Below are positions 12,401 to 27,400 of a DNA stretch of 64,000 nucleotides, piece after piece. Numbering within the stretch: the stretch's first letter is position 1; the number at the start of each line of letters is the position of its first letter. Source of the DNA: Lingula anatina (Eukaryota > Animalia > Brachiopoda); the NCBI GenBank assembly GCA_051362555.1, contig JBPQGU010000016.1:3348001-3412000 (forward strand), given 5' to 3'. Below the pieces are notes generated by a model, which had not been told where the DNA came from, made no database searches, and was given only the letters and a program-made list of their open reading frames with translations. Made by a program: the position numbers and the translations under genes.

Positions 12401-15400
12401 GTCACCAAATTTTCCAAAAAGTGATGAAAATCAATCTACCACACCTGTCATTCATAAAAAATGTGGAAACGCGCCCGGATCACTTCATTAAAGCCCCCAA
12501 TTTCAGCTTTAAAGATGGCCAAAAAGCACACCTGAGAACAGGATTTGGAGAGAGGGGGGGTGGAGAGAGTTTTTGCTCTATTTCTTCCTTAATAATGACA
12601 CAACCACTCTTCCAGCACTTTATTCTGACTACAAATGACCAAACACACCTACCAGACACTATAATGAAGAAAAAAATTTTTCAACCCTACCTGGCCAAAA
12701 TTGAAGAAAACTGCCATATCCGGACCTTACGAAAATCACTCAAAATCACCCAAAAATGACCCGTCACCAAATTTTCCAAAAAGTGATGAAAATCAATCTA
12801 CCACACCTGTCATTCATAAAAAATGTGGAAACGCGCCCGGATCACTTCATTAAAGCCCCCAATTTCAGCTTTAAAGATGGCCAAAAAGCACACCTGAGAA
12901 CAGGATTTGGAGAGAGGGGGGGTGGAGAGAGTTTTTGCTCTATTTCTTCCTTAATAATGACACAACCACTCTTCCAGCACTTTATTCTGACTACAAATGA
13001 CCAAACACACCTACCAGACACTATAATGAAGAAAAAAATTTTTCAACCCTACCTGGCCAAAATTGAAGAAAACTGCCATATCCGGACCTTACGAAAATCA
13101 CTCAAAATCACCCAAAAATGACCCGTCACCAAATTTTCCAAAAAGTGATGAAAATCAATCTACCACACCTGTCATTCATAAAAAATGTGGAAACGCGCCC
13201 GGATCACTTCATTAAAGCCCCCAATTTCAGCTTTAAAGATGGCCAAAAAGCACACCTGAGAACAGGATTTGGAGAGAGGGGGGGTGGAGAGAGTTTTTGC
13301 TCTATTTCTTCCTTAATAATGACACAACCACTCTTCCAGCACTTTATTCTGACTACAAATGACCAAACACACCTACCAGACACTATAATGAAGAAAAAAA
13401 TTTTTCAACCCTACCTGGCCAAAATTGAAGAAAACTGCCATATCCGGACCTTACGAAAATCACTCAAAATCACCCAAAAATGACCCGTCACCAAATTTTC
13501 CAAAAAGTGATGAAAATCAATCTACCACACCTGTCATTCATAAAAAATGTGGAAACGCGCCCGGATCACTTCATTAAAGCCCCCAATTTCAGCTTTAAAG
13601 ATGGCCAAAAAGCACACCTGAGAACAGGATTTGGAGAGAGGGGGGGTGGAGAGAGTTTTTGCTCTATTTCTTCCTTAATAATGACACAACCACTCTTCCA
13701 GCACTTTATTCTGACTACAAATGACCAAACACACCTACCAGACACTATAATGAAGAAAAAATTTTTTCAACCCTACCTGGCCAAAATTGAAGAAAACTGC
13801 CATATCCGGACCTTACGAAAATCACTCAAAATCACCCAAAAATGACCCGTCACCAAATTTTCCAAAAAGTGATGAAAATCAATCTACCACACCTGTCATT
13901 CATAAAAAATGTGGAAACGCGCCCGGATCACTTCATTAAAGCCCCCAATTTCAGCTTTAAAGATGGCCAAAAAGCACACCTGAGAACAGGATTTGGAGAG
14001 AGGGGGGGTGGAGAGAGTTTTTGCTCTATTTCTTCCTTAATAATGACACAACCACTCTTCCAGCACTTTATTCTGACTACAAATGACCAAACACACCTAC
14101 CAGACACTATAATGAAGAAAAAAATTTTTCAACCCTACCTGGCCAAAATTGAAGAAAACTGCCATATCCGGACCTTACGAAAATCACTCAAAATCACCCA
14201 AAAATGACCCGTCACCAAATTTTCCAAAAAGTGATGAAAATCAATCTACCACACCTGTCATTCATAAAAAATGTGGAAACGCGCCCGGATCACTTCATTA
14301 AAGCCCCCAATTTCAGCTTTAAAGATGGCCAAAAAGCACACCTGAGAACAGGATTTGGAGAGAGGGGGGGTGGAGAGAGTTTTTGCTCTATTTCTTCCTT
14401 AATAATGACACAACCACTCTTCCAGCACTTTATTCTGACTACAAATGACCAAACACACCTACCAGACACTATAATGAAGAAAAAAATTTTTCAACCCTAC
14501 CTGGCCAAAATTGAAGAAAACTGCCATATCCGGACCTTACGAAAATCACTCAAAATCACCCAAAAAATGACCCGTCACCAAATTTTCCAAAAAGTGATGA
14601 AAATCAATCTACCACACCTGTCATTCATAAAAAATGTGGAAACGCGCCCGGATCACTTCATTAAAGCCCCCAATTTCAGCTTTAAAGATAGCCAAAAAGC
14701 ACACCTGAGAACAGGATTTGGAGAGAGGGGGGGTGGAGAGAGTTTTTGCTCTATTTCTTCCTTAATAATGACACAACCACTCTTCCAGCACTTTATTCTG
14801 ACTACAAATGACCAAACACACCTACCAGACACTATAATGAAGAAAAAAATTTTTCAACCCTACCTGGCCAAAATTGAAGAAAACTGCCACATCCGGACCT
14901 TACGAAAATCACTCAAAATCACCCAAAAATGACCCGTCACCAAATTTTCCAAAAAGTGATGAAAATCAATCTACCACACCTGTCATTCATAAAAAATGTG
15001 GAAACGCGCCCGGATCACTTCATTAAAGCCCCCAATTTCAGCTTTAAAGATGGCCAAAAAGCACACCTGAGAACAGGATTTGGAGAGAGGGGGGGTGGAG
15101 AGAGTTTTTGCTCTATTTCTTCCTTAATAATGACACAACCACTCTTCCAGCACTTTATTCTGACTACAAATGACCAAACACACCTACCAGACACTATAAT
15201 GAAGAAAAAAATTTTTCAACCCTACCTGGCCAAAATTGAAGAAAACTGCCATATCCGGACCTTACGAAAATCACTCAAAATCACCCAAAAATGACCCGTC
15301 ACCAAATTTTCCAAAAAGTGATGAAAATCAATCTACCACACCTGTCATTCATAAAAAATGTGGAAACGCGCCCGGATCACTTCATTAAAGCCCCCAATTT

Positions 15401-18400
15401 CAGCTTTAAAGATGGCCAAAAAGCACACCTGAGAACAGGATTTGGAGAGAGGGGGGGTGGAGAGAGTTTTTGCTCTATTTCTTCCTTAATAATGACACAA
15501 CCACTCTTCCAGCACTTTATTCTGACTACAAATGACCAAACACACCTACCAGACACTATAATGAAGAAAAAAATTTTTCAACCCTACCTGGCCAAAATTG
15601 AAGAAAACTGCCATATCCGGACCTTACGAAAATCACTCAAAATCACCCAAAAAATGACCCGTCACCAAATTTTCCAAAAAGTGATGAAAATCAATCTACC
15701 ACACCTGTCATTCATAAAAAATGTGGAAACGCGCCCGGATCACTTCATTAAAGCCCCCAATTTCAGCTTTAAAGATGGCCAAAAAGCACACCTGAGAACA
15801 GGATTTGGAGAGAGGGGGGGTGGAGAGAGTTTTTGCTCTATTTCTTCCTTAATAATGACACAACCACTCTTCCAGCACTTTATTCTGACTACAAATGACC
15901 AAACACACCTACCAGACACTATAATGAAGAAAAAAATTTTTCAACCCTACCTGGCCAAAATTGAAGAAAACTGCCATATCCGGACCTTACGAAAATCACT
16001 CAAAATCACCCAAAAATGACCCGTCACCAAATTTTCCAAAAAGTGATGAAAATCAATCTACCACACCTGTCATTCATAAAAAATGTGGAAACGCGCCCGG
16101 ATCACTTCATTAAAGCCCCCAATTTCAGCTTTAAAGATGGCCAAAAAGCACACCTGAGAACAGGATTTGGAGAGAGGGGGGGGGGTGGAGAGAGTTTTTG
16201 CTCTATTTCTTCCTTAATAATGACACAACCACTCTTCCAGCACTTTATTCTGACTACAAATGACCAAACACACCTACCAGACACTATAATGAAGAAAAAA
16301 ATTTTTCAACCCTACCTGGCCAAAATTGAAGAAAACTGCCATATCCGGACCTTACGAAAATCACTCAAAATCACCCAAAAATGACCCGTCACCAAATTTT
16401 CCAAAAAGTGATGAAAATCAATCTACCACACCTGTCATTCATAAAAAATGTGGAAACGCGCCCGGATCACTTCATTAAAGCCCCCAATTTCAGCTTTAAA
16501 GATGGCCAAAAAGCACACCTGAGAACAGGATTTGGAGAGAGGGGGGGTGGAGAGAGTTTTTGCTCTATTTCTTCCTTAATAATGACACAACCACTCTTCC
16601 AGCACTTTATTCTGACTACAAATGACCAAACACACCTACCAGACACTATAATGAAGAAAAAAATTTTTCAACCCTACCTGGCCAAAATTGAAGAAAACTG
16701 CCATATCCGGACCTTACGAAAATCACTCAAAATCACCCAAAAATGACCCGTCACCAAATTTTCCAAAAAGTGATGAAAATCAATCTACCACACCTGTCAT
16801 TCATAAAAAATGTGGAAACGCGCCCGGATCACTTCATTAAAGCCCCCAATTTCATCTTTAAAGATGGCCAAAAAGCACACCTGAGAACAGGATTTGGAGA
16901 GAGGGGGGGTGGAGAGAGTTTTTGCTCTATTTCTTCCTTAATAATGACACAACCACTCTTCCAGCACTTTATTCTGACTACAAATGACCAAACACACCTA
17001 CCAGACACTATAATGAAGAAAAAAATTTTTCAACCCTACCTGGCCAAAATTGAAGAAAACTGCCATATCCGGACCTTACGAAAATCACTCAAAATCACCC
17101 AAAAATGACCCGTCACCAAATTTTCCAAAAAGTGATGAAAATCAATCTACCACACCTGTCATTCATAAAAAATGTGGAAACGCGCCCGGATCACTTCATT
17201 AAAGCCCCCAATTTCAGCTTTAAAGATGGCCAAAAAGCACACCTGAGAACAGGATTTGGAGAGAGGGGGGGTGGAGAGAGTTTTTGCTCTATTTCTTCCT
17301 TAATAATGACACAACCACTCTTCCAGCACTTTATTCTGACTACAAATGACCAAACACACCTACCAGACACTATAATGAAGAAAAAAATTTTTCAACCCTA
17401 CCTGGCCAAAATTGAAGAAAACTGCCATATCCGGACCTTACGAAAATCACTCAAAATCACCCAAAAATGACCCGTCACCAAATTTTCCAAAAAGTGATGA
17501 AAATCAATCTACCACACCTGTCATTCATAAAAAATGTGGAAACGCGCCCGGATCACTTCATTAAAGCCCCCAATTTCAGCTTTAAAGATGGTCAAAAAGC
17601 ACACCTGAGAACAGGATTTGGAGAGAGGGGGGGTGGAGAGAGTTTTTGCTCTATTTCTTCCTTAATAATGACACAACCACTCTTCCAGCACTTTATTCTG
17701 ACTACAAATGACCAAACACACCTACCAGACACTATAATGAAAAAAAAATTTTTCAACCCTACCTGGCCAAAATTGAAGAAAACTGCCATATCCGGACCTT
17801 ACGAAAATCACTCAAAATCACCCAAAAATGACCCGTCACCAAATTTTCCAAAAAGTGATGAAAATCAATCTACCACACCTGTCATTCATAAAAAATGTGG
17901 AAACGCGCCCGGATCACTTCATTAAAGCCCCCAATTTCAGCTTTAAAGATGGCCAAAAAGCACACCTGAGAACAGTATTTGGAGAGAGGGGGGGTGGAGA
18001 GAGTTTTTGCTCTATTTCATCCTTAATAATGACACAACCACTCTTCCAGCACTTTATTCTGACTACAAATGACCAAACACACCTACCAGACACTATAATG
18101 AAGAAAAAAATTTTTCAACCCTACCTGGCCAAAATTGAAGAAAACTGCCATATCCGGACCTTACGAAAATCACTCAAAATCACCCAAAAATGACCCGTCA
18201 CCAAATTTTCCAAAAAGTGATGAAAATCAATCTACCACACCTGTCATTCATAAAAAATGTGGAAACGCGCCCGGATCACTTCATTAAAGCCCCCAATTTC
18301 AGCTTTAAAGATGGCCAAAAAGCACACCTGAGAACAGGATTTGGAGAGAGGGGGGGTGGAGAGAGTTTTTGCTCTATTTCTTCCTTAATAATGACACAAC

Positions 18401-21400
18401 CACTCTTCCAGCACTTTATTCTGACTTCAAATGACCAAACACACCTACCAGACACTATAATGAAGAAAAAAATTTTTCAACCCTACCTGGCCAAAATTGA
18501 AGAAAACTGCCATATCCGGACCTTACGAAAATCACTCAAAATCACCCAAAAATGACCCGTCACCAAATTTTCCAAAAAGTGATGAAAATCAATCTACCAC
18601 ACCTGTCATTCATAAAAAATGTGGAAACGCGCCCGGATCACTTCATTAAAGCCCCCAATTTCAGCTTTAAAGATGGCCAAAAAGCACACCTGAGAACAGG
18701 ATTTGGAGAGAGGGGGGGTGGAGTGAGTTTTTGCTCTATTTCTTCCTTAATAATGACACAACCACTCTTCCAGCACTTTATTCTGACTACAAATGACCAA
18801 ACACACCTACCAGACACTATAATGAAGAAAAAAATTTTTCAACCCTACCTGGCCAAAATTGAAGAAAACTGCCATATCCGGACCTTACGAAAATCACTCA
18901 AAATCACCCAAAAATGACCCGTCACCAAATTTTCCAAAAAGTGATGAAAATCAATCTACCACACCTGTCATTCATAAAAAATGTGGAAACGCGCCAGGAT
19001 CACTTCATTAAAGCCCCCAATTTCAGCTTTAAAGATGGCCAAAAAGCACACCTGAGAACAGGATTTGGAGAGAGGGGGGGGTGGAGAGAGTTTTTGCTCT
19101 ATTTCTTCCTTAATAATGACACAACCACTCTTCCAGCACTTTATTCTGACTACAAATGACCAAACACACCTACCAGACACTATAATGAAGAAAAAAATTT
19201 TTCAACCCTACCTGGCCAAAATTGAAGAAAACTGCCATATCCGGACCTTACGAAAATCACTCAAAATCACCCAAAAATGACCCGTCACCAAATTTTCCAA
19301 AAAGTGATGAAAATCAATCTACCACACCTGTCATTCATAAAAAATGTGGAAACGCGCCCGGATCACTTCATTAAAGCCCCCAATTTCAGCTTTAAAGATG
19401 GCCAAAAAGCACACCTGAGAACAGGATTTGGAGAGAGGGGGGGTGGAGAGAGTTTTTGCTCTATTTCTTCCTTAATAATGACACAACCACTCTTCCAGCA
19501 CTTTATTCTGACTACAAATGACCAAACACACCTACCAGACACTATAATGAAGAAAAAAATTTTTCAACCCTACCTGGCCAAAATTGAAGAAAACTGCCAT
19601 ATCCGGACCTTACGAAAATCACTCAAAATCACCCAAAAATGACCCGTCACCAAATTTTCCAAAAAGTGATGAAAATCAATCTACCACACCTGTCATTCAT
19701 AAAAAATGTGGAAACGCGCCCGGATCACTTCATTAAAGCCCCCAATTTCAGCTTTAAAGATGGCCAAAAAGCACACCTGAGAACAGGATTTGGAGAGAGG
19801 GGGGGTGGAGAGAGTTTTTGCTCTATTTCTTCCTTAATAATGACACAACCACTCTTCCAGCACTTTATTCTGACTACAAATGACCAAACACACCTACCAG
19901 ACACTATAATGAAGAAAAAAATTTTTCAACCCTACCTGGCCAAAATTGAAGAAAACTGCCATATCCGGACCTTACGTAAATCACTCAAAATCACCCAAAA
20001 ATGACCCGTCACCAAATTTTCCAAAAAGTGATGAAAATCAATCTACCACACCTGTCATTCATAAAAAATGTGGAAACGCGCCCGGATCACTTCATTAAAG
20101 CCCCCAATTTCAGCTTTAAAGATGGCCAAAAAGCACACCTGAGAACAGGATTTGGAGAGAGGGGGGGTGGAGAGAGTTTTTGCTCTATTTCTTCCTTAAT
20201 AATGACACAACCACTCTTCCAGCACTTTATTCTGACTTCAAATGACCAAACACACCTACCAGACACTATAATGAAGAAAAAAATTTTTCAACCCTACCTG
20301 GCCAAAATTGAAGAAAACTGCCATATCCGGACCTTACGAAAATCACTCAAAATCACCCAAAAATGACCCGTCACCAAATTTTCCAAAAAGTGATGAAAAT
20401 CAATCTACCACACCTGTCATTCATAAAAAATGTGGAAACGCGCCCGGATCACTTCATTAAAGCCCCCAATTTCAGCTTTAAAGATGGCCAAAAAGCACAC
20501 CTGAGAACAGGATTTGGAGAGAGGGGGGGTGGAGAGAGTTTTTGCTCTATTTCTTCCTTAATAATGACACAACCACTCTTCCAGCACTTTATTCTGACTA
20601 CAAATGACCAAACACACCTACCAGACACTATAATGAAGAAAAAAATTTTTCAACCCTACCTGGCCAAAATTGAAGAAAACTGCCATATCCGGACCTTACG
20701 AAAATCACTCAAAATCACCCAAAAATGACCCGTCACCAAATTTTCCAAAAAGTGATGAAAATCAATCTACCACACCTGTCATTCATAAAAAATGTGGAAA
20801 CGCGCCCGGATCACTTCATTAAAGCCCCCAATTTCAGCTTTAAAGATGGCCAAAAAGCACACCTGAGAACAGGATTTGGAGAGAGGGGGGGTGGAGAGAG
20901 TTTTTGCTCTATTTCTTCCTTAATAATGACACAACCACTCTTCCAGCACTTTATTCTGACTACAAATGACCAAACACACCTACCAGACACTATAATGAAG
21001 AAAAAAATTTTTCAACCCTACCTGGCCAAAATTGAAGAAAACTGCCATATCCGGACCTTACGAAAATCACTCAAAATCACCCAAAAATGACCCGTCACCA
21101 AATTTTCCAAAAAGTGATGAAAATCAATCTACCACACCTGTCATTCATAAAAAATGTGGAAACGCGCCCGGATCACTTCATTAAAGCCCCCAATTTCAGC
21201 TTTAAAGATGGCCAAAAAGCACACCTGAGAACAGGATTTGGAGAGAGGGGGGGTGGAGAGAGTTTTTGCTCTATTTCTTCCTTAATAATGACACAACCAC
21301 TCTTCCAGCACTTTATTCTGACTACAAATGACCAAACACACCTACCAGACACTATAATGAAGAAAAAAATTTTTCAACCCTACCTGGCCAAAATTGAAGA

Positions 21401-24400
21401 AAACTGCCATATCCGGACCTTACGAAAATCACTCAAAATCACCCAAAAAATGACCCGTCACCAAATTTTCCAAAAAGTGATGAAAATCAATCTACCACAC
21501 CTGTCATTCATAAAAAATGTGGAAACGCGCCCGGATCACTTCATTAAAGCCCCCAATTTCAGCTTTAAAGATGGCCAAAAAGCACACCTGAGAACAGGAT
21601 TTGGAGAGAGGGGGGGTGGAGAGAGTTTTTGCTCTATTTCTTCCTTAATAATGACACAACCACTCTTCCAGCACTTTATTCTGACTACAAATGACCAAAC
21701 ACACCTACCAGACACTATAATGAAGAAAAAAATTTTTCAACCCTACCTGGCCAAAATTGAAGAAAACTGCCATATCCGGACCTTACGAAAATCACTCAAA
21801 ATCACCCAAAAATGACCCGTCACCAAATTTTCCAAAAAGTGATGAAAATCAATCTACCACACCTGTCATTCATAAAAAATGTGGAAACGCGCCCGGATCA
21901 CTTCATTAAAGCCCCCAATTTCAGCTTTAAAGATGGCCAAAAAGCACACCTGAGAACAGGATTTGGAGAGAGGGGGGGTGGAGAGAGTTTTTGCTCTATT
22001 TCTTCCTTAATAATGACACAACCACTCTTCCAGCACTTTATTCTGACTACAAATGACCAAACACACCTACCAGACACTATAATGAAGAAAAAAATTTTTC
22101 AACCCTACCTGGCCAAAATTGAAGAAAACTGCCATATCCGGACCTTACGAAAATCACTCAAAATCACCCAAAAAATGACCCGTCACCAAATTTTCCAAAA
22201 AGTGATGAAAATCAATCTACCACACCTGTCATTCATAAAAAATGTGGAAACGCGCCCGGATCACTTCATTAAAGCCCCCAATTTCAGCTTTAAAGATGGC
22301 CAAAAAGCACACCTGAGAACAGGATTTGGAGAGAGGGGGGGTGGAGAGAGTTTTTGCTCTATTTCTTCCTTAATAATGACACAACCCTTCTTCCAGCACT
22401 TTATTCTGACTACAAATGACCAAACACACCTACCAGACACTATAATGAAGAAAAAAATTTTTCAACCCTACCTGGCCAAAATTGAAGAAAACTGCCATAT
22501 CCGGACCTTACGAAAATCACTCAAAATCACCCAAAAATGACCCGTCACCAAATTTTCCAAAAAGTGATGAAAATCAATCTACCACACCTGTCATTCATAA
22601 AAAATGTGGAAACGCGCCCGGATCACTTCATTAAAGCCCCCAATTTCAGCTTTAAAGATGGCCAAAAAGCACACCTGAGAACAGGATTTGGAGAGAGGGG
22701 GGGTGGAGAGAGTTTTTGCTCTATTTCTTCCTTAATAATGACACAACCACTCTTCCAGCACTTTATTCTGACTACAAATGACCAAACACACCTACCAGAC
22801 ACTATAATGAAGAAAAAAATTTTTCAACCCTACCTGGCCAAAATTGAAGAAAACTGCCATATCCGGACCTTACGAAAATCACTCAAAATCACCCAAAAAT
22901 GACCCGTCACCAAATTTTCCAAAAAGTGATGAAAATCAATCTACCACACCTGTCATTCATAAAAAATGTGGAAACGCGCCCGGATCACTTCATTAAAGCC
23001 CCCAATTTCAGCTTTAAAGATGGCCAAAAAGCACACCTGAGAACAGGATTTGGAGAGAGGGGGGGTGGAGAGAGTTTTTGCTCTATTTCTTCCTTAATAA
23101 TGACACAACCACTCTTCCAGCACTTTATTCTGACTACAAATGACCAAACACACCTACCAGACACTATAATGAAGAAAAAAATTTTTCAACCCTACCTGGC
23201 CAAAATTGAAGAAAACTGCCATATCCGGACCTTACGAAAATCACTCAAAATCACCCAAAAATGACCCGTCACCAAATTTTCCAAAAAGTGATGAAAATCA
23301 ATCTACCACACCTGTCATTCATAAAAAATGTGGAAACGCGCCCGGATCACTTCATTAAAGCCCCCAATTTCAGCTTTAAAGATGGCCAAAAAGCACACCT
23401 GAGAACAGGATTTGGAGAGAGGGGGGGTGGAGAGAGTTTTTGCTCTATTTCTTCCTTAATAATGACACAACCACTCTTCCAGCACTTTATTCTGACTACA
23501 AATGACCAAACACACCTACCAGACACTATAATGAAGAAAAAAATTTTTCAACCCTACCTGGCCAAAATTGAAGAAAACTGCCATATCCGGACCTTACGAA
23601 AATCACTCAAAATCACCCAAAAAATGACCCGTCACCAAATTTTCCAAAAAGTGATGAAAATCAATCTACCACACCTGTCATTCATAAAAAATGTGGAAAC
23701 GCGCCCGGATCACTTCATTAAAGCCCCCAATTTCAGCTTTAAAGATGGCCAAAAAGCACACCTGAGAACAGGATTTGGAGAGAGGGGGGTGGAGAGAGTT
23801 TTTGCTCTATTTCTTCCTTAATAATGACACAACCACTCTTCCAGCACTTTATTCTGACTACAAATGACCAAACACACCTACCAGACACTATAATGAAGAA
23901 AAAAATTTTTCAACCCTACCTGGCCAAAATTGAAGAAAACTGCCATATCCGGACCTTACGAAAATCACTCAAAATCACCCAAAAATGACCCGTCACCAAA
24001 TTTTCCAAAAAGTGATGAAAATCAATCTACCACACCTGTCATTCATAAAAAATGTGGAAACGCGCCCGGATCACTTCATTAAAGCCCCCAATTTCAGCTT
24101 TAAAGATGGCCAAAAAGCACACCTGAGAACAGGATTTGGAGAGAGGGGGGTAGAGAGAGTTTTTGCTCTATTTCTTCCTTAATAATGACACAACCACTCT
24201 TCCAGCACTTTATTCTGACTACAAATGACCAAACACACCTACCAGACACTATAATGAAGAAAAAAATTTTTCAACCCTACCTGGCCAAAATTGAAGAAAA
24301 CTGCCATATCCGGACCTTACGAAAATCACTCAAAATCACCCAAAAAATGACCCGTCACCAAATTTTCCAAAAAGTGATGAAAATCAATCTACCACACCTG

Positions 24401-27400
24401 TCATTCATAAAAAATGTGGAAACACGCCCGGATCACTTCATTAAAGCCCCCAATTTCAGCTTTAAAGATGGCCAAAAAGCACACCTGAGAACAGGATTTG
24501 GAGAGAGGGGGGGTGGAGAGAGTTTTTGCTCTATTTCTTCCTTAATAATGACACAACCACTCTTCCAGCACTTTATTCTGACTACAAATGACCAAACACA
24601 CCTACCAGACACTATAATGAAGAAAAAAATTTTTCAACCCTACCTGGCCAAAATTGAAGAAAACTGCCATATCCGGACCTTACGAAAATCACTCAAAATC
24701 ACCCAAAAATGACCCGTCACCAAATTTTCCAAAAAGTGATGAAAATCAATCTACCACACCTGTCATTCATAAAAAATGTGGAAACGCGCCCGGATCACTT
24801 CATTAAAGCCCCCAATTTCAGCTTTAAAGATGGCCAAAAAGCACACCTGAGAACAGGATTTGGAGAGAGGGGGGGTGGAGAGAGTTTTTGCTCTATTTCT
24901 TCCTTAATAATGACACAACCACTCTTCCAGCACTTTATTCTGACTACAAATGACCAAACACACCTACCAGACACTATAATGAAGAAAAAAATTTTTCAAC
25001 CCTACCTGGCCAAAATTGAAGAAAACTGCCATATCCGGACCTTACGAAAATCACTCAAAATCACCCAAAAAATGACCCGTCACCAAATTTTCCAAAAAGT
25101 GATGAAAATCAATCTACCACACCTGTCATTCATAAAAAATGTGGAAACGCGCCCGGATCACTTCATTAAAGCCCCCAATTTCAGCTTTAAAGATGGCCAA
25201 AAAGCACACCTGAGAACAGGATTTGGAGAGAGGGGGGGTGGAGAGAGTTTTTGCTCTATTTCTTCCTTAATAATGACACAACCACTCTTCCAGCACTTTA
25301 TTCTGACTACAAATGACCAAACACACCTACCAGACACTATAATGAAGAAAAAAATTTTTCAACCCTACCTGGCCAAAATTGAAGAAAACTGCCATATCCG
25401 GACCTTACGAAAATCACTCAAAATCACCCAAAAATGACCCGTCACCAAATTTTCCAAAAAGTGATGAAAATCAATCTACCACACCTGTCATTCATAAAAA
25501 ATGTGGAAACGCGCCCGGATCACTTCATTAAAGCCCCCAATTTCAGCTTTAAAGATGGCCAAAAAGCACACCTGAGAACAGGATTTGGAGAGAGGGGGGG
25601 TGGAGAGAGTTTTTGCTCTATTTCTTCCTTAATAATGACACAACCACTCTTCCAGCACTTTATTCTGACTACAAATGACCAAACACACCTACCAGACACT
25701 ATAATGAAGAAAAAAATTTTTCAACCCTACCTGGCCAAAATTGAAGAAAACTGCCATATCCGGACCTTACGAAAATCACTCAAAATCACCCAAAAATGAC
25801 CCGTCACCAAATTTTCCAAAAAGTGATGAAAATCAATCTACCACACCTGTCATTCATAAAAAATGTGGAAACGCGCCCGGATCACTTCATTAAAGCCCCC
25901 AATTTCAGCTTTAAAGATGGCCAAAAAGCACACCTGAGAACAGGATTTGGAGAGAGGGGGGGTGGAGAGAGTTTTTGCTCTATTTCTTCCTTAATAATGA
26001 CACAACCACTCTTCCAGCACTTTATTCTGACTACAAATGACCAAACACACCTACCAGACACTATAATGAAGAAAAAAATTTTTCAACCCTACCTGGCCAA
26101 AATTGAAGAAAACTGCCATATCCGGACCTTACGAAAATCACTCAAAATCACCCAAAAATGACCCGTCACCAAATTTTCCAAAAAGTGATGAAAATCAATC
26201 TACCACACCTGTCATTCATAAAAAATGTGGAAACGCGCACGGATCACTTCATTAAAGCCCCCAATTTCAGCTTTAAAGATGGCCAAAAAGCACACCTGAG
26301 AACAGGATTTGGAGAGAGGGGGGGGTGGAGAGAGTTTTTGCTCTATTTCTTCCTTAATAATGACACAACCACTCTTCCAGCACTTTATTCTGACTACAAA
26401 TGACCAAACACACCTACCAGACACTATAATGAAGAAAAAAATTTTTCAACCCTACCTGGCCAAAATTGAAGAAAACTGCCATATCCGGACCTTACGAAAA
26501 TCACTCAAAATCACCCAAAAATGACCCGTCACCAAATTTTCCAAAAAGTGATGAAAATCAATCTACCACACCTGTCATTCATAAAAAATGTGGAAACGCG
26601 CCCGGATCACTTCATTAAAGCCCCCAATTTCAGCTTTAAAGATGGCCAAAAAGCACACCTGAGAACAGGATTTGGAGAGAGGGGGGGTGGAGAGAGTTTT
26701 TGCTCTATTTCTTCCTTAATAATGACACAACCACTCTTCCAGCACTTTATTCTGACTACAAATGACCAAACACACCTACCAGACACTATAATGAAGAAAA
26801 AAATTTTTCAACCCTACCTGGCCAAAATTGAAGAAAACTGCCATATCCGGACCTTACGAAAATCACTCAAAATCACCCAAAAATGACCCGTCACCAAATT
26901 TTCCAAAAAGTGATGAAAATCAATCTACCACACCTGTCATTCATAAAAAATGTGGAAACGCGCCCGGATCACTTCATTAAAGCCCCCAATTTCAGCTTTA
27001 AAGATGGCCAAAAAGCACACCTGAGAACAGGATTTGGAGAGAGGGGGGGTGGAGAGAGTTTTTGCTCTATTTCTTCCTTAATAATGACACAACCACTCTT
27101 CCAGCACTTTATTCTGACTACAAATGACCAAACACACCTACCAGACACTATAATGAAGAAAAAAATTTTTCAACCCTACCTGGCCAAAATTGAAGAAAAC
27201 TGCCATATCCGGACCTTACGTAAATCACTCAAAATCACCCAAAAATGACCCGTCACCAAATTTTCCAAAAAGTGATGAAAATCAATCTACCACACCTGTC
27301 ATTCATAAAAAATGTGGAAACGCGCCCGGATCACTTCATTAAAGCCCCCAATTTCAGCTTTAAAGATGGCCAAAAAGCACACCTGAGAACAGGATTTGGA

